Shown here piece after piece: positions 1 through 9,421 of a stretch of 32,000 nucleotides of DNA. The stretch is from Enterobacterales bacterium endosymbiont of Anomoneura mori (GTDB lineage Bacteria > Pseudomonadota > Gammaproteobacteria > Enterobacterales > Enterobacteriaceae_A). The stretch covers positions 180,001-212,000 of the forward strand of contig NZ_AP031381.1 of the NCBI RefSeq assembly GCF_047159375.1, written 5' to 3'. Both the position numbers and the translations under genes were made by a program. The notes beneath the pieces were generated by a model. That model was not told where the DNA came from. It worked only from the letters and a program-made list of their open reading frames with translations, and searched no databases. The stretch's first letter is position 1, and every line of letters begins with the position of its first letter.

Positions 1-444
1 AATATAATTACATATTTTTGCTCTTTTTTTAAAACATTTTATCATTTCTAAACGACGTAAATCAAGATAACGATATTTTAAATTAATATTTTCTAAATTT
101 TTTTTTTTTAAATTTAATGGTAATTTTTTTGAAATATTAATTATATTTAATATTTTGCATAAAACTTCAATTTTTCCTGTTTTAATATTTTTATTTATTT
201 GATTTTTGTTTTTTATTTTTACTATACCTTTAATTTGAATACAAAATTCATCACGTAATTTTAAGGCTTTATTAAAAGTATCTTTATTATTATAATTAAA
301 AATAATTTGTACAATTCCTTCACAATCTCTCATATCTACAAAAATTAATTTTTTAAAAATTCTAATTTTATCAACCCAACCACATAATATTACATTTTTA
401 TTAACATGTGATAAATTTAATTTTCCACAATATTCAGTACGCAT
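1..444 (-). CDS. aspS: Aspartyl-tRNA synthetase, N-terminal 148 codons; the gene continues beyond the window start
   Basis: Not in the ORF track because it is open at the window edge. Reverse-strand translation from the ATG (complement of 442-444) gives MRTEYCGKLNLSHVNKNVILCGWVDKIRIFKKLIFVDMRDCEGIVQ...LKYRYLDLRR. This is colinear with my recollection of the E. coli AspRS N-terminus ([24 protein letters not shown]...KYRYLDLRR). An AAGGA Shine-Dalgarno lies just upstream. Confidence 0.93.
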   Translation of the reverse strand, partial: MRTEYCGKLNLSHVNKNVILCGWVDKIRIFKKLIFVDMRDCEGIVQIIFNYNNKDTFNKALKLRDEFCIQIKGIVKIKNKNQINKNIKTGKIEVLCKILNIINISKKLPLNLKKKNLENINLKYRYLDLRRLEMIKCFKKRAKICNYI

Positions 445-533
445 ATATTCCTTATTTTAATACTTTTAAAAATATAAAATAATTTAAATAAAATATAAAA
501 ATTAAAATTTAATATTTTTATAGGAAATAAAAA

Positions 534-1985
534 ATGTTTAATATCTTAAATTTTATATTTTTAATTTTTTTATTTTTTTTTATTATAATTAATGAATATA
601 TTATAATTAAATATTATTATAATACATATTCTTTTTTATTAATTTTTATTTATATTTTACCATTTTTAAATATTATTTTTTTTTTTTTAATTATTAAATT
701 ATCTTTTAAAAAAAAAATAAATAAAAAAATAATTTTTATTAAATCTTTTATAAATTATTTAATAAATAAAATTAAAATAAAACAAAAAAAAATATATAAT
801 AAAAAATATAAATTTGCAAAACCATTATTTAAATTATTAAATAAAAAAAAGGGAATAAATGAAATAAATATTTTTTTAAAAAAGAAAGAATTTAAAATAT
901 TTTCAAATACTAAAAAAATATTTAAAAAAATAATTTATGATATTAAATTAGCCAAAAAAAAAATTGAAATAATTTTTTATATTTGGAAACAAGGAGGAAT
1001 AGTAAATAAAATTATAGAAGCATTAATTAATGCTTCTAAACGTGGTGTATGTTGTCGTATTATATTGGATTCAATTGGTTGTTATAATTTTTTATATAGT
1101 AATTATTTTAAAAAAATGTGTAATGCTGGAATTAAAATAGTTAAAGCTTTTAAAATTAATATATTTAATTTATTTTTAAGACGTTTAGATATTAGACAAC
1201 ATAAAAAATTAATATTAATTGATAATAATATAGTTTATACAGGTAGTATGAATATGGTTGATAATAATTGTTTAAAAAATAAAATTTTTAAATATATTGA
1301 TATAATGATAAGATTTAAAGGTAAAATTTCAAATATAATGAATATTATTTATGCTTTTGATTGGGAAATGGAAACTGGTAAAAAAATTTTATTTAATGAA
1401 AAATATAAAAAAAAAAAATTTTTTTATAATAAAAAAAATCAAAATTTTCATATTGTTTCATCTATATATAATTTATCAAATAAATTAATATATAAAGTAT
1501 TTTTAACTTCAATATATTCAGCAAAAAAAAAAATAATTATTACTTCTCCATATTTTATTCCAACTAACGAATTAATAGAAGCTATATGTAAAGTTTCATT
1601 AAAAGGAATAAATGTAATTTTAATTTTACCAAAATATAATGATTGTTTTATGTTATCATGGGCTAATAAATATTTTTTTTCAAAACTTTTAAATTCTGGA
1701 GTTAAAATTTATAAATTTAAAAAAGGTTTATTACATACTAAAAGTATTTTAATAGATGAAAAAGTAAGTATAATTGGAACAGTAAATTTTGATATAAGAA
1801 GTTTTTATTTAAATTCAGAAATTTTATTAATTATTGAAGATAAAAAATTTAGTAATATTATTAATCAAATACATAAACAATATATTAAAAAATCAAAAAT
1901 TTTAAATTTAAAAAAATGGAATAAAAGATCAAATTTTAAAAAATTTTTTGAATTTTTTTTTTTTTTATTTAGTCCTATATTATAA
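534..1985 (+). CDS. clsA: Cardiolipin synthase (phospholipase D family)
   Basis: 483 aa against about 486 aa in E. coli Cls. Both HKD motifs are present (RQHKKLILIDNNIVYTGSMNM and LLHTKSILIDEKVSIIGTVNFD). The C-terminus FSPIL matches E. coli FSPLL. The N-terminus is hydrophobic. Confidence 0.92.
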   Translation: MFNILNFIFLIFLFFFIIINEYIIIKYYYNTYSFLLIFIYILPFLNIIFFFLIIKLSFKKKINKKIIFIKSFINYLINKIKIKQKKIYNKKYKFAKPLFKLLNKKKGINEINIFLKKKEFKIFSNTKKIFKKIIYDIKLAKKKIEIIFYIWKQGGIVNKIIEALINASKRGVCCRIILDSIGCYNFLYSNYFKKMCNAGIKIVKAFKINIFNLFLRRLDIRQHKKLILIDNNIVYTGSMNMVDNNCLKNKIFKYIDIMIRFKGKISNIMNIIYAFDWEMETGKKILFNEKYKKKKFFYNKKNQNFHIVSSIYNLSNKLIYKVFLTSIYSAKKKIIITSPYFIPTNELIEAICKVSLKGINVILILPKYNDCFMLSWANKYFFSKLLNSGVKIYKFKKGLLHTKSILIDEKVSIIGTVNFDIRSFYLNSEILLIIEDKKFSNIINQIHKQYIKKSKILNLKKWNKRSNFKKFFEFFFFLFSPIL

Positions 1986-2084
1986 ATTTAATATTATTTT
2001 AAAATATTTTTATATTTATATTATATTATAAAAATATTAATATTTATTTTTTATAATATTATTTAAATATTATAAATTTTAAAA

Positions 2085-2477
2085 TTAACGTTTTGAAAAT
2101 TGTGGTTTTTTTCTAGATTTTTTAAATCCTGGTTTTTTTCTTTCTACTTTACGTGAATCTCTAGTAATATATCCTTCAATTTTTAAAATATAACGAAAAT
2201 TTTTATTATATTTTAGTAACGCTCTACCTAAACCATGTTTTATAGCATTTATTTGCCCAGAAATTCCACCACCTTTAACTGTAATATATAAATTTATTAT
2301 GTTAATTAATTTAAATAAAATTAATGGTTTAAAAATTATTTCTTGAATATTTTTATTAGTAAAATATTTTTTATAATTAATTTTATTTATAATAATTTTT
2401 CCATTTCCAAAATTCATAAAAACTCGTGCAGTAGAACTTTTACGTCTGCCTGTTCCATAATATTGATTATAATTCAT
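2085..2477 (-). CDS. rpsI: 30S ribosomal protein S9
   Basis: 130 aa, ending KKPQFSKR as S9 does (E. coli ...RRPQFSKR). It lies downstream of rplM as in the E. coli rplM-rpsI operon, with an AAGGA Shine-Dalgarno. Confidence 0.97.
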   Translation of the reverse strand: MNYNQYYGTGRRKSSTARVFMNFGNGKIIINKINYKKYFTNKNIQEIIFKPLILFKLINIINLYITVKGGGISGQINAIKHGLGRALLKYNKNFRYILKIEGYITRDSRKVERKKPGFKKSRKKPQFSKR

Positions 2478-2492
2478 TTTTTCCTTATAATT

Positions 2493-2921
2493 TTAAATGT
2501 TAATTAATTTAGGTTTTTGTGCATTATGACAATGATTTTCATCAGAAAAAATTTTTAATTTTTTTAACATTAAACGCCCTAATGAATTTTTTGGTAACAT
2601 TCCTTTTACTGCATTTTGAATTATTTTTTTTGGATTTTTTATAATAATTTCTTCAAATGTTCTTTTTTTAATTCCTCCAACATATCCAGAATGTCTATAA
2701 TAAATTTTTTTTTTTTTTTTTTTACCTGTAACAATAATTTTTTTAGCATTTAAAACTATAATATAATCACCATTATCTAAATTTGATGAATATTCTATTT
2801 TATTTTTTCCCATTAAATATTTAGCTAATTTTGTTGCTAAACGACCTAAAATTTTATTTTTTGCATTAATAATATACCAATTATTTTTAATATTTTTTTT
2901 TTTAACTATAAATGTTTTCAT
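2493..2921 (-). CDS. rplM: 50S ribosomal protein L13
   Basis: 142 aa, the same length as E. coli L13. It starts MKTF..K......W and is the first gene of the rplM-rpsI pair. It contains an in-frame T19/A19 run (2705-2723) encoding K6. Confidence 0.97.
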   Translation of the reverse strand: MKTFIVKKKNIKNNWYIINAKNKILGRLATKLAKYLMGKNKIEYSSNLDNGDYIIVLNAKKIIVTGKKKKKKIYYRHSGYVGGIKKRTFEEIIIKNPKKIIQNAVKGMLPKNSLGRLMLKKLKIFSDENHCHNAQKPKLINI

Positions 2922-3011
2922 TATATTTACTCAATTATTAAATTTTAAGATTAATAATTATTATTTTTATAAATTAATTATTTTATTTAAATATTTTTAT
3001 TATCTATCAAT

Positions 3012-3040
3012 TTGTAAATTAATTTTTATTTTAGTATAAT
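3012..3040 (+). promoter_or_regulatory. Candidate sigma70 promoter upstream of the tRNA-Cys/tRNA-Leu pair
   Basis: TTGTAA (3012-3017), 17-nt spacer, TATAAT (3035-3040). A second TGtTATAAT lies at 3045-3053. Both are about 70-80 nt upstream of tRNA-Cys. Such matches arise easily by chance in nearly pure A/T DNA. Confidence 0.3.
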
Positions 3041-3121
3041 TATATGTTATAATATATTACAATATTTTTATTAAATACATTTTTAAATTTATATTTAAAA
3101 TTATAAAATATTAATAAAAAC

Positions 3122-3192
3122 GGCGTGTTAACAAAGCGGCTATGTAGCAGACTGCAAATCTGCCAAGTCCGGTTCAACTCCGGAACGCGCCT
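3122..3192 (+). tRNA. cysT: tRNA-Cys (anticodon GCA)
   Basis: Cloverleaf read by eye. The acceptor stem is GGCGTGT/ACGCGCC, the anticodon loop is CTGCAAA, and the T-arm is CCGGTTCAACTCCGG. The discriminator is U73, a Cys identity element. It is near-identical to the E. coli tRNA-Cys I recall. No CCA is encoded. Confidence 0.95.
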
Positions 3193-3200
3193 TTAATTAA

Positions 3201-3285
3201 GCCCGGGTGGTGAAATTGGTATACACAAGGGACTTAAAATCCCTCGACTTTTAAAGTTGTGCGGGTTCAACTCCCGCTCCGGGTA
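3201..3285 (+). tRNA. leuZ: tRNA-Leu (anticodon UAA), class II with a long variable arm
   Basis: Sequence GCCCGGGTGGTGAAATTGGTATACACAAGGGACTTAAAATCCCTCGACTTTTAAAGTTGTGCGGGTTCAACTCCCGCTCCGGGTA. The anticodon loop is CTTAAAA. It is colinear with E. coli leuZ and follows cysT as in E. coli. Confidence 0.95.
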
Positions 3286-3300
3286 CTATAAATAATTTAT

Positions 3301-5901
3301 TTATATATTTAAATATTTTTTAATATTATTTAAATATTTATAAAAAAAATCAATATTTTTAATTTCTGCTTTTAATGAAACTTTTGAAATTTTTCCAATA
3401 CATTTAAAATTTTTAATTATTTTTTTAATTATTGATTTTAAATTAATATATTTTATAAGATCTAATGTTATTTCAATAATTAAAAAATTTTTATTTTTTT
3501 TTTTTAAAATAGTAATAAAAATTGATGTACCTATTTTTTTTTTAATATTATATAATGTATTAATTAATAAATTTAATTTAATATTTTTAATATTATTTAT
3601 TATTATTTTTATATTATTAAATAATTTAATTTTATTAAATATAAAAAAAAAACAATTATTTAAAATATAAATTTTTTGTTTTTTATATTTTTTTTCTATA
3701 TTTTTTTTATTATTATATATATTAATTAATATTTTATCAATATTTTTTTTATTATTTAATATATTTGAAATTTTTTTAATCAAATTATTTTTAAATTGTA
3801 AAATTTTTAAAGCATATTTACCAGTTACTGCTTTAATTCTAAATAATCCATTTGTTAATTTATTATATGATTTAATATGAAACATACCTATTTCACCTGT
3901 ATATTTAACATGAGTACCTTTACAAAATTCTTTAGAAAAATTATTTATTTTTATTAATCTATTATTTATATTTTTATTATATAAATAATTATTATTTTTA
4001 TAATTATTTAAATTTAATATTTTAGTTTTTATTAATAAATTTTCCATTATTTTTTTATTTATTATATTTTCTATTAAATTAATTTTTTTTTCATTAATTT
4101 TTAAAGAACATGAAAAATCAAATAATAAATATTTTTCACATATATAAGAATTTTTTTGTTTAATATTATTATTTAATTCATTTTTTAAAATTTTATATAA
4201 TATATGAATAGCTGTATGATTTTTTGAAATATTAATACGAATTTTTTTATTAACAATAGCTTTAACAAATTGATTAATTTTTAATTTTCCTTTAATTATT
4301 TTTCCTACATGCAAAATTGTTTTATTATATACTTTAGTATCATATATTAAAAATATTGTGTTTTTACTTATTAATAATCCTTTATCTCCTATTTGGCCTT
4401 CTAATTCTCCATAAAATGGTGTACTATTTAATATTATTATAGCTTCTTCATTATAAAATAATTCTTTTATTAAATTAAAATTTTTAAAAATAGCAATTAT
4501 TTTAGATTTATTTTGATATTTTTTATATCCAACAAATTTATTATTATAATTAAAATTAATTATTTTATCATTATTAAAAAAAAATTTATTAGATTTTAAT
4601 GATTTAATACGTTGTTTATTCATTAAATAATAATATTTTTTTTTATCTATTTTATAACCTTTTTTAATACAAATTTCTTCAGTTAATTTTTTTGGAAAAC
4701 CATATGTATCATATAAACGAAAAACTATATCACCATTTAATATATTATTATTTAATTTTAATAATTCTAAATTTAATAATTTTAAACCTTTATTTAAAGT
4801 ATATAAAAATTTTATTTCTTCTTTTTTGATTATATTTTTAATTATTTTTTTTTTTTTTTTTAAATATTTTGCTTCATTTTCCATAGCATTAATTAATATA
4901 TCTAATATTTTATATAAAAAAGGTTTTTTAATACCCAATTTATTACCATGAAAAATTGCTCTTCTTATTATTTTACGTAATACATAACCATGACTTTCAT
5001 TAGAAGGTATAACACCATTTAAAATTAAATATGCTGAAGATCTAATATGATCAGAAATAACATAAACTGATTTTTTATTATTGTATTTTATATTAAATTT
5101 ATTATATATATTATTTATAATTTTTTTAAACAAATCAATTTCATAATTTGAATTTACTTTTTGTATTATTGAAGTTATTCTTTCTAAACCCATACCTGTA
5201 TCAATTGATAAATTAGATAAAGGTATAATATTATTATTTTGTTTTAAAAATTGTAAAAAAACAATATTCCATATTTCAATATATCTATCATTAATTTTAT
5301 TATTATTTAATATATTAATATTTTTTGTATTACCTTTATCATAAAAAATTTCTGTACATGGTCCACATGGATAATTATTACCTGTTTGCCAAAAATTATC
5401 AGATTTATATTTTATACCTTTTTCATCACCAATAATAATTATTTTATTTTCAGGTATTTTAATATTTTTTTTCCATATATTATATGTTTCATTATCTGAA
5501 ATATATACTGTAACCAATAATTTTTTTTTAGGTAAATTAAACCATTTTTCACTAGTTAATAATTCCCAGGCAAAATTAATTGCATCAAGTTTAAAATAAT
5601 CATTAAAACTAAAATTTCCTAACATTTCAAAAAATGTATGATGTCTATTAGTATATCCAACATTTTCTAGATCATTATTTTTACCACCAGCTCTAATACA
5701 GTGTTGTGCAGTAGCTACACGAGTAAAATTACTTTTTTCAAATCCTAAAAAAATATTTTTAAATTGATTCATTCCAGAATTTGTAAAAAGTAGAGTTTTA
5801 TCATTTTCAATAATAAGCTTACTACCTTTCAAAATTTTATGATTTTTAGATTCAAAAAAATTAAGAAATGTTTTTCTAATGTTATTAATACTTTTAATCA
5901 T
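3301..5901 (-). CDS. alaS: Alanyl-tRNA synthetase
   Basis: 866 aa against about 876 aa in E. coli. The N-terminus IRKTFLNFFESKNHKIL matches IRQAFLDFFHSKGHQVV. The editing-domain metal motifs HTAIH (HxxxH) and CKGTH (CxxxH) are retained. Confidence 0.97.
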   Translation of the reverse strand: MIKSINNIRKTFLNFFESKNHKILKGSKLIIENDKTLLFTNSGMNQFKNIFLGFEKSNFTRVATAQHCIRAGGKNNDLENVGYTNRHHTFFEMLGNFSFNDYFKLDAINFAWELLTSEKWFNLPKKKLLVTVYISDNETYNIWKKNIKIPENKIIIIGDEKGIKYKSDNFWQTGNNYPCGPCTEIFYDKGNTKNINILNNNKINDRYIEIWNIVFLQFLKQNNNIIPLSNLSIDTGMGLERITSIIQKVNSNYEIDLFKKIINNIYNKFNIKYNNKKSVYVISDHIRSSAYLILNGVIPSNESHGYVLRKIIRRAIFHGNKLGIKKPFLYKILDILINAMENEAKYLKKKKKIIKNIIKKEEIKFLYTLNKGLKLLNLELLKLNNNILNGDIVFRLYDTYGFPKKLTEEICIKKGYKIDKKKYYYLMNKQRIKSLKSNKFFFNNDKIINFNYNNKFVGYKKYQNKSKIIAIFKNFNLIKELFYNEEAIIILNSTPFYGELEGQIGDKGLLISKNTIFLIYDTKVYNKTILHVGKIIKGKLKINQFVKAIVNKKIRINISKNHTAIHILYKILKNELNNNIKQKNSYICEKYLLFDFSCSLKINEKKINLIENIINKKIMENLLIKTKILNLNNYKNNNYLYNKNINNRLIKINNFSKEFCKGTHVKYTGEIGMFHIKSYNKLTNGLFRIKAVTGKYALKILQFKNNLIKKISNILNNKKNIDKILINIYNNKKNIEKKYKKQKIYILNNCFFFIFNKIKLFNNIKIIINNIKNIKLNLLINTLYNIKKKIGTSIFITILKKKNKNFLIIEITLDLIKYINLKSIIKKIIKNFKCIGKISKVSLKAEIKNIDFFYKYLNNIKKYLNI

Positions 5902-5990
5902 TTTACCTAAAATAATTTATAAATAATTAAATTAAATAAATAAATTTTAATTTTTATAATAATTAAATAATAAAATTTTTTATAATTTTA

Positions 5991-7262
5991 TTAAAATAAT
6001 GATAATATTGAATTTGTTAAAATATTTAATTCTTTTTTTTTAATTATATATGGTGGCATTAAATAAATTAATTTACCGTATGGTCTAATCCATACACCAT
6101 TATTTATAAAAAATTTTTGTATTTTATTTATATCAATATAATTAATTGTTTCAATAATTCCTATTGCTCCTAATATTCTAACATCTAGTACTTTATTAGA
6201 ATTTAATAAAGGTAAAAATTTTTTTTTAAAATGTTTTTCTATTTTTTTTACTTTATTAAACCATTTATTTTTATTTAAAATTTTTATATTTGCATTTGCA
6301 ACTGAACATGAAAGTGGATTTCCCATAAATGTAGGACCATGCATAAAACAACCTGCTTTACTATTACTTATTATATTTGCAATTTTTTTACTAGTAATGG
6401 TTGCTGATAAAGTCATGTATCCACCTGTTAAAGATTTTCCTAAACATAATATATCTGGTGTAATTCCAGCATGTTCAAAAGCAAACATTTTACCAGTACG
6501 TCCAAATCCTGTTGCAATTTCATCAATTATTAATAAAATTTTATATTGTTTACATAATTCACTAACTCTTTTTAAATACATTGGATTATAAATTTTCATT
6601 CCACCAGCACCTTGTACAATTGGTTCTAAAATAACACAAGCAATTGTTTTATAATGTTTGTTTAATAAATATTTAAAAGAATTTATATCATTTTCATTCC
6701 AAATATCATTAAATTTACATTTTGGTGAATCTGCAAATATATTTAAAGATAAATATTTTTTATATATATTATGCATAGAATTATCTGGATCACACACTGA
6801 CATTGCTCCAAATGTATCACCATGATAACCATGACGTAATGTTAAAATATTTTTACGATATTCACCATGTGCTTGCCAATATTGCAAAGCCATTTTTAAT
6901 GCTACCTCAATTGTTACTGAACCAGAATCTGTTAAAAAAACACATTCTAAATTATTTGGAGTAATATTAATTAAATTTTTACAAAGTTTTATTGCTTCAT
7001 TATGATAAATTCCTCCAAACATTACATGTGACATTTTTTTAAGTTGCTTTTTAATTGCTTTATTAAGAATTTTATTATTATATCCATGTATACAAGACCA
7101 CCAAGATGACATACCATCGATCAATTTTATTCCATTTGTTAATTTTAATATAACACCATTTGCTTTTTTAACTGAATAACATGTTAAAGGATTAATTATT
7201 GAAGTATAAGGATGCCAAATATGTTGTTTGTCAAATTTAGTTTTTGATTTTTTAATAAACAT
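5991..7262 (-). CDS. bioA: Adenosylmethionine-8-amino-7-oxononanoate aminotransferase (DAPA synthase)
   Basis: 423 aa. FDKQHIWHPYTS matches E. coli FDQRHIWHPYTS. It shows class-III aminotransferase features and is divergent from bioB, as in E. coli. Confidence 0.95.
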   Translation of the reverse strand: MFIKKSKTKFDKQHIWHPYTSIINPLTCYSVKKANGVILKLTNGIKLIDGMSSWWSCIHGYNNKILNKAIKKQLKKMSHVMFGGIYHNEAIKLCKNLINITPNNLECVFLTDSGSVTIEVALKMALQYWQAHGEYRKNILTLRHGYHGDTFGAMSVCDPDNSMHNIYKKYLSLNIFADSPKCKFNDIWNENDINSFKYLLNKHYKTIACVILEPIVQGAGGMKIYNPMYLKRVSELCKQYKILLIIDEIATGFGRTGKMFAFEHAGITPDILCLGKSLTGGYMTLSATITSKKIANIISNSKAGCFMHGPTFMGNPLSCSVANANIKILNKNKWFNKVKKIEKHFKKKFLPLLNSNKVLDVRILGAIGIIETINYIDINKIQKFFINNGVWIRPYGKLIYLMPPYIIKKKELNILTNSILSLF

Positions 7263-7291
7263 ATTAATATTATATAATTATATTATTTATG

Positions 7292-7320
7292 TTGACAGTA
7301 AAATATAAAAAATTTATTTT
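7292..7320 (+). promoter_or_regulatory. Candidate bioB promoter
   Basis: A perfect TTGACA (7292-7297), a 17-nt spacer and TATTTT (7315-7320), about 30 nt upstream of the bioB ATG. TTGACA contains G and C, so it is less likely to be chance here. I recognise no BirA operator. Confidence 0.35.
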
Positions 7321-7351
7321 CATCTATTTTATAACTTATTAAAGGTATTTA

Positions 7352-8380
7352 ATGTATAATAAAAAAAAATGGACAATTGAAAAAACTAAAGAATTATTTG
7401 ATAAACCATTATTAGATTTAATTTTTTTAGCACAAAATATACATAGAAAAAATTTTAATCATAATAAAATACAAATAAGTACTCTTTTATCTATTAAAAC
7501 TGGTTTATGTCCAGAAGATTGTAAATATTGTCCTCAAAGTTCTAGATATAAAACTGGTATAAAAACAGAAAGTTTAATTAAAATAGATAAAATTTTACAA
7601 GCAGCAAATAAAGCAAAAAAAAATGGTTCTACAAGATTTTGTATGGGAGCAGCTTGGAAAAACCCAAAAGATAATGATATGATTTATTTAAAAGAGATTA
7701 TTAAAAAAGTTAAAAAACTTGGATTAGAAACATGTATGACTTTAGGATCATTAAATAAAAAACAATCAAAAATTTTATATGATGCTGGTTTAGATTATTA
7801 TAACCATAATATTGATACTTCAAAAGAATTTTATAAAAAGATTATTACTACTCGTAGTTATCAAGAAAGACTTGATACATTAAATAATGTAAGAGAAACT
7901 GGTATTAAAATTTGTTCTGGTGGAATAATAGGTTTAGGTGAAAATATTAAAGATAGAATTAGTTTACTTATGCAATTAGCAAATATGAAAAATCCTCCAG
8001 AAAGTGTACCAATTAATATGTTAGTTAAAGTAAGTGGTACTCCTTTAGAAAAAAATAAAGATATTGATCCATTTGAATTTATTAGAATAATTGCTATTGC
8101 AAGAATAATGATGCCAAGTTCTTATATACGTCTTTCTGCAGGAAGAGAAAATATGAATGAACAAACACAAGCTATGTGTTTTATGTCTGGTGCAAATTCT
8201 ATATTTTATGGTTGTAAATTATTAACTACTCCAAATCCTGAAGAAGATAAAGATTTAAAATTATTAAAAAAATTAGGATTAAAAATTGAATCAAAAAAAA
8301 TAAATAATAATATATTAAAAAAAAAAAAATTATCATTTAAAAAAAATAATGTAAAATTTTATGATGCTACTATAAATTAA
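7352..8380 (+). CDS. bioB: Biotin synthase (radical SAM)
   Basis: 342 aa. The [14 protein letters not shown] radical-SAM cluster motif is identical to E. coli. WT...ELF.KPLLDL is colinear with E. coli BioB. Confidence 0.97.
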   Translation: MYNKKKWTIEKTKELFDKPLLDLIFLAQNIHRKNFNHNKIQISTLLSIKTGLCPEDCKYCPQSSRYKTGIKTESLIKIDKILQAANKAKKNGSTRFCMGAAWKNPKDNDMIYLKEIIKKVKKLGLETCMTLGSLNKKQSKILYDAGLDYYNHNIDTSKEFYKKIITTRSYQERLDTLNNVRETGIKICSGGIIGLGENIKDRISLLMQLANMKNPPESVPINMLVKVSGTPLEKNKDIDPFEFIRIIAIARIMMPSSYIRLSAGRENMNEQTQAMCFMSGANSIFYGCKLLTTPNPEEDKDLKLLKKLGLKIESKKINNNILKKKKLSFKKNNVKFYDATIN

Positions 8381-8438
8381 ATTTAAAATTATTTTAAAAT
8401 AAATATTAATTTTTATATTATAAATTAAAAATTTTTAA

Positions 8439-9110
8439 ATGAAAAAATATTTTATTACTGGTACTGATACAAAAGTTGGTAAAACTATTTTTAGTATTGC
8501 TTTATTACAATTTGCTAAAAAAATTGGTTATAAAAGTATAGGATATAAACCAATATCTTCTGGTAGTAAAATTACTAAATACGGATTAAGAAATAATGAT
8601 GCATTATTATTAAAAGAAAATAGTAATATTAAATTGTATTATAATAAAATTAATCCATATAATTTTTTAGATAATACATCTCCTAATATAGTTAGTAAAA
8701 GAATTAAAAATCCAATTTCATTTTATGAAATATCATCTAAATTAAGAAATATTGAAAAAAAAGCAAATTGGATTATTATTGAAGGTTCTGGAGGTTGGTA
8801 TACTCCAATTTCTAATATTAAAAAATTTTCAGATTGGGTTATAAAAGAAAATATATCAATTATTTTAGTTGTAGGAATTAAATTAGGATGTATTAATCAT
8901 GCATTATTAACTTTAGATATAATTAAAAAAACAGGATTAAAAATAAAAGGATGGGTTGCTAATAATATTAATAAACCATTAATATATCATAAAGAATATA
9001 TTAATACTTTAAAAAAAAATTTATCTATAAATTTTTTAGGCGAAATTCCTTATTTAAATATTTTAAATAATATTAAATTATGGAAATATATAAATTTTAA
9101 TTATCTTTAA
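8439..9110 (+). CDS. bioD: Dethiobiotin synthetase
   Basis: 223 aa. The N-terminal P-loop YFITGTDTKVGKT matches E. coli YFVTGTDTEVGKT. Confidence 0.93.
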   Translation: MKKYFITGTDTKVGKTIFSIALLQFAKKIGYKSIGYKPISSGSKITKYGLRNNDALLLKENSNIKLYYNKINPYNFLDNTSPNIVSKRIKNPISFYEISSKLRNIEKKANWIIIEGSGGWYTPISNIKKFSDWVIKENISIILVVGIKLGCINHALLTLDIIKKTGLKIKGWVANNINKPLIYHKEYINTLKKNLSINFLGEIPYLNILNNIKLWKYINFNYL

Positions 9111-9170
9111 TAATTTTATTTAATTTTCAAAAAATTATTTTATTTAAATTTTATTTTTATATAAATTTAA

Positions 9171-9243
9171 TGCCCAAACTTGGAATTGAACCAAGGACAC
9201 GAGGATCTTCAGTCCACTGCTCTGCCAACTGAGCTATCTGGGC
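9171..9243 (-). tRNA. tRNA-Phe (anticodon GAA)
   Basis: The reverse complement is GCCCAGATAGCTCAGTTGGCAGAGCAGTGGACTGAAGATCCTCGTGTCCTTGGTTCAATTCCAAGTTTGGGCA. The anticodon loop is CTGAAGA. It is colinear with E. coli tRNA-Phe. Confidence 0.95.
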
Positions 9244-9252
9244 GAATACATC

Positions 9253-9280
9253 AATATATTTTATTTAATAAAAATGTCAA
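9253..9280 (-). promoter_or_regulatory. Candidate sigma70 promoter for tRNA-Phe
   Basis: On the minus strand: a perfect TTGACA (comp. 9275-9280), a 16-nt spacer and TATATT (comp. 9253-9258). The -10 element ends 9 nt before tRNA position 1, so the predicted start lies just upstream of the mature 5' end. Confidence 0.5.
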
Positions 9281-9421
9281 TAGATATATTTTAAAAAATA
9301 TAATTAATTATTATTTTAAATAATAATTTTATATATTTTCATTTTAAATAAAAAATTAAAAATAAAAATTTAATAATTATTAAATATTTTCAAATATTAA
9401 ATTTTAATTTAAAAGGTTAAA

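Noticed and set aside
6397-6591. Track ORF of 64 aa on the + strand
   Set aside because: It lies entirely antisense within the well-supported bioA CDS, is short and shows no recognisable family similarity. It is a typical shadow ORF opposite a relatively G/C-richer conserved coding segment.
9275-9304. A + strand reading of TGTCAA-N18-TATAAT as the aceE promoter
   Set aside because: The same hexamer read on the minus strand is a perfect TTGACA correctly spaced for tRNA-Phe, which explains it better. The + strand version has a poor -35 element and lies more than 110 nt from the aceE ATG. It is not excluded, but it is unsupported.
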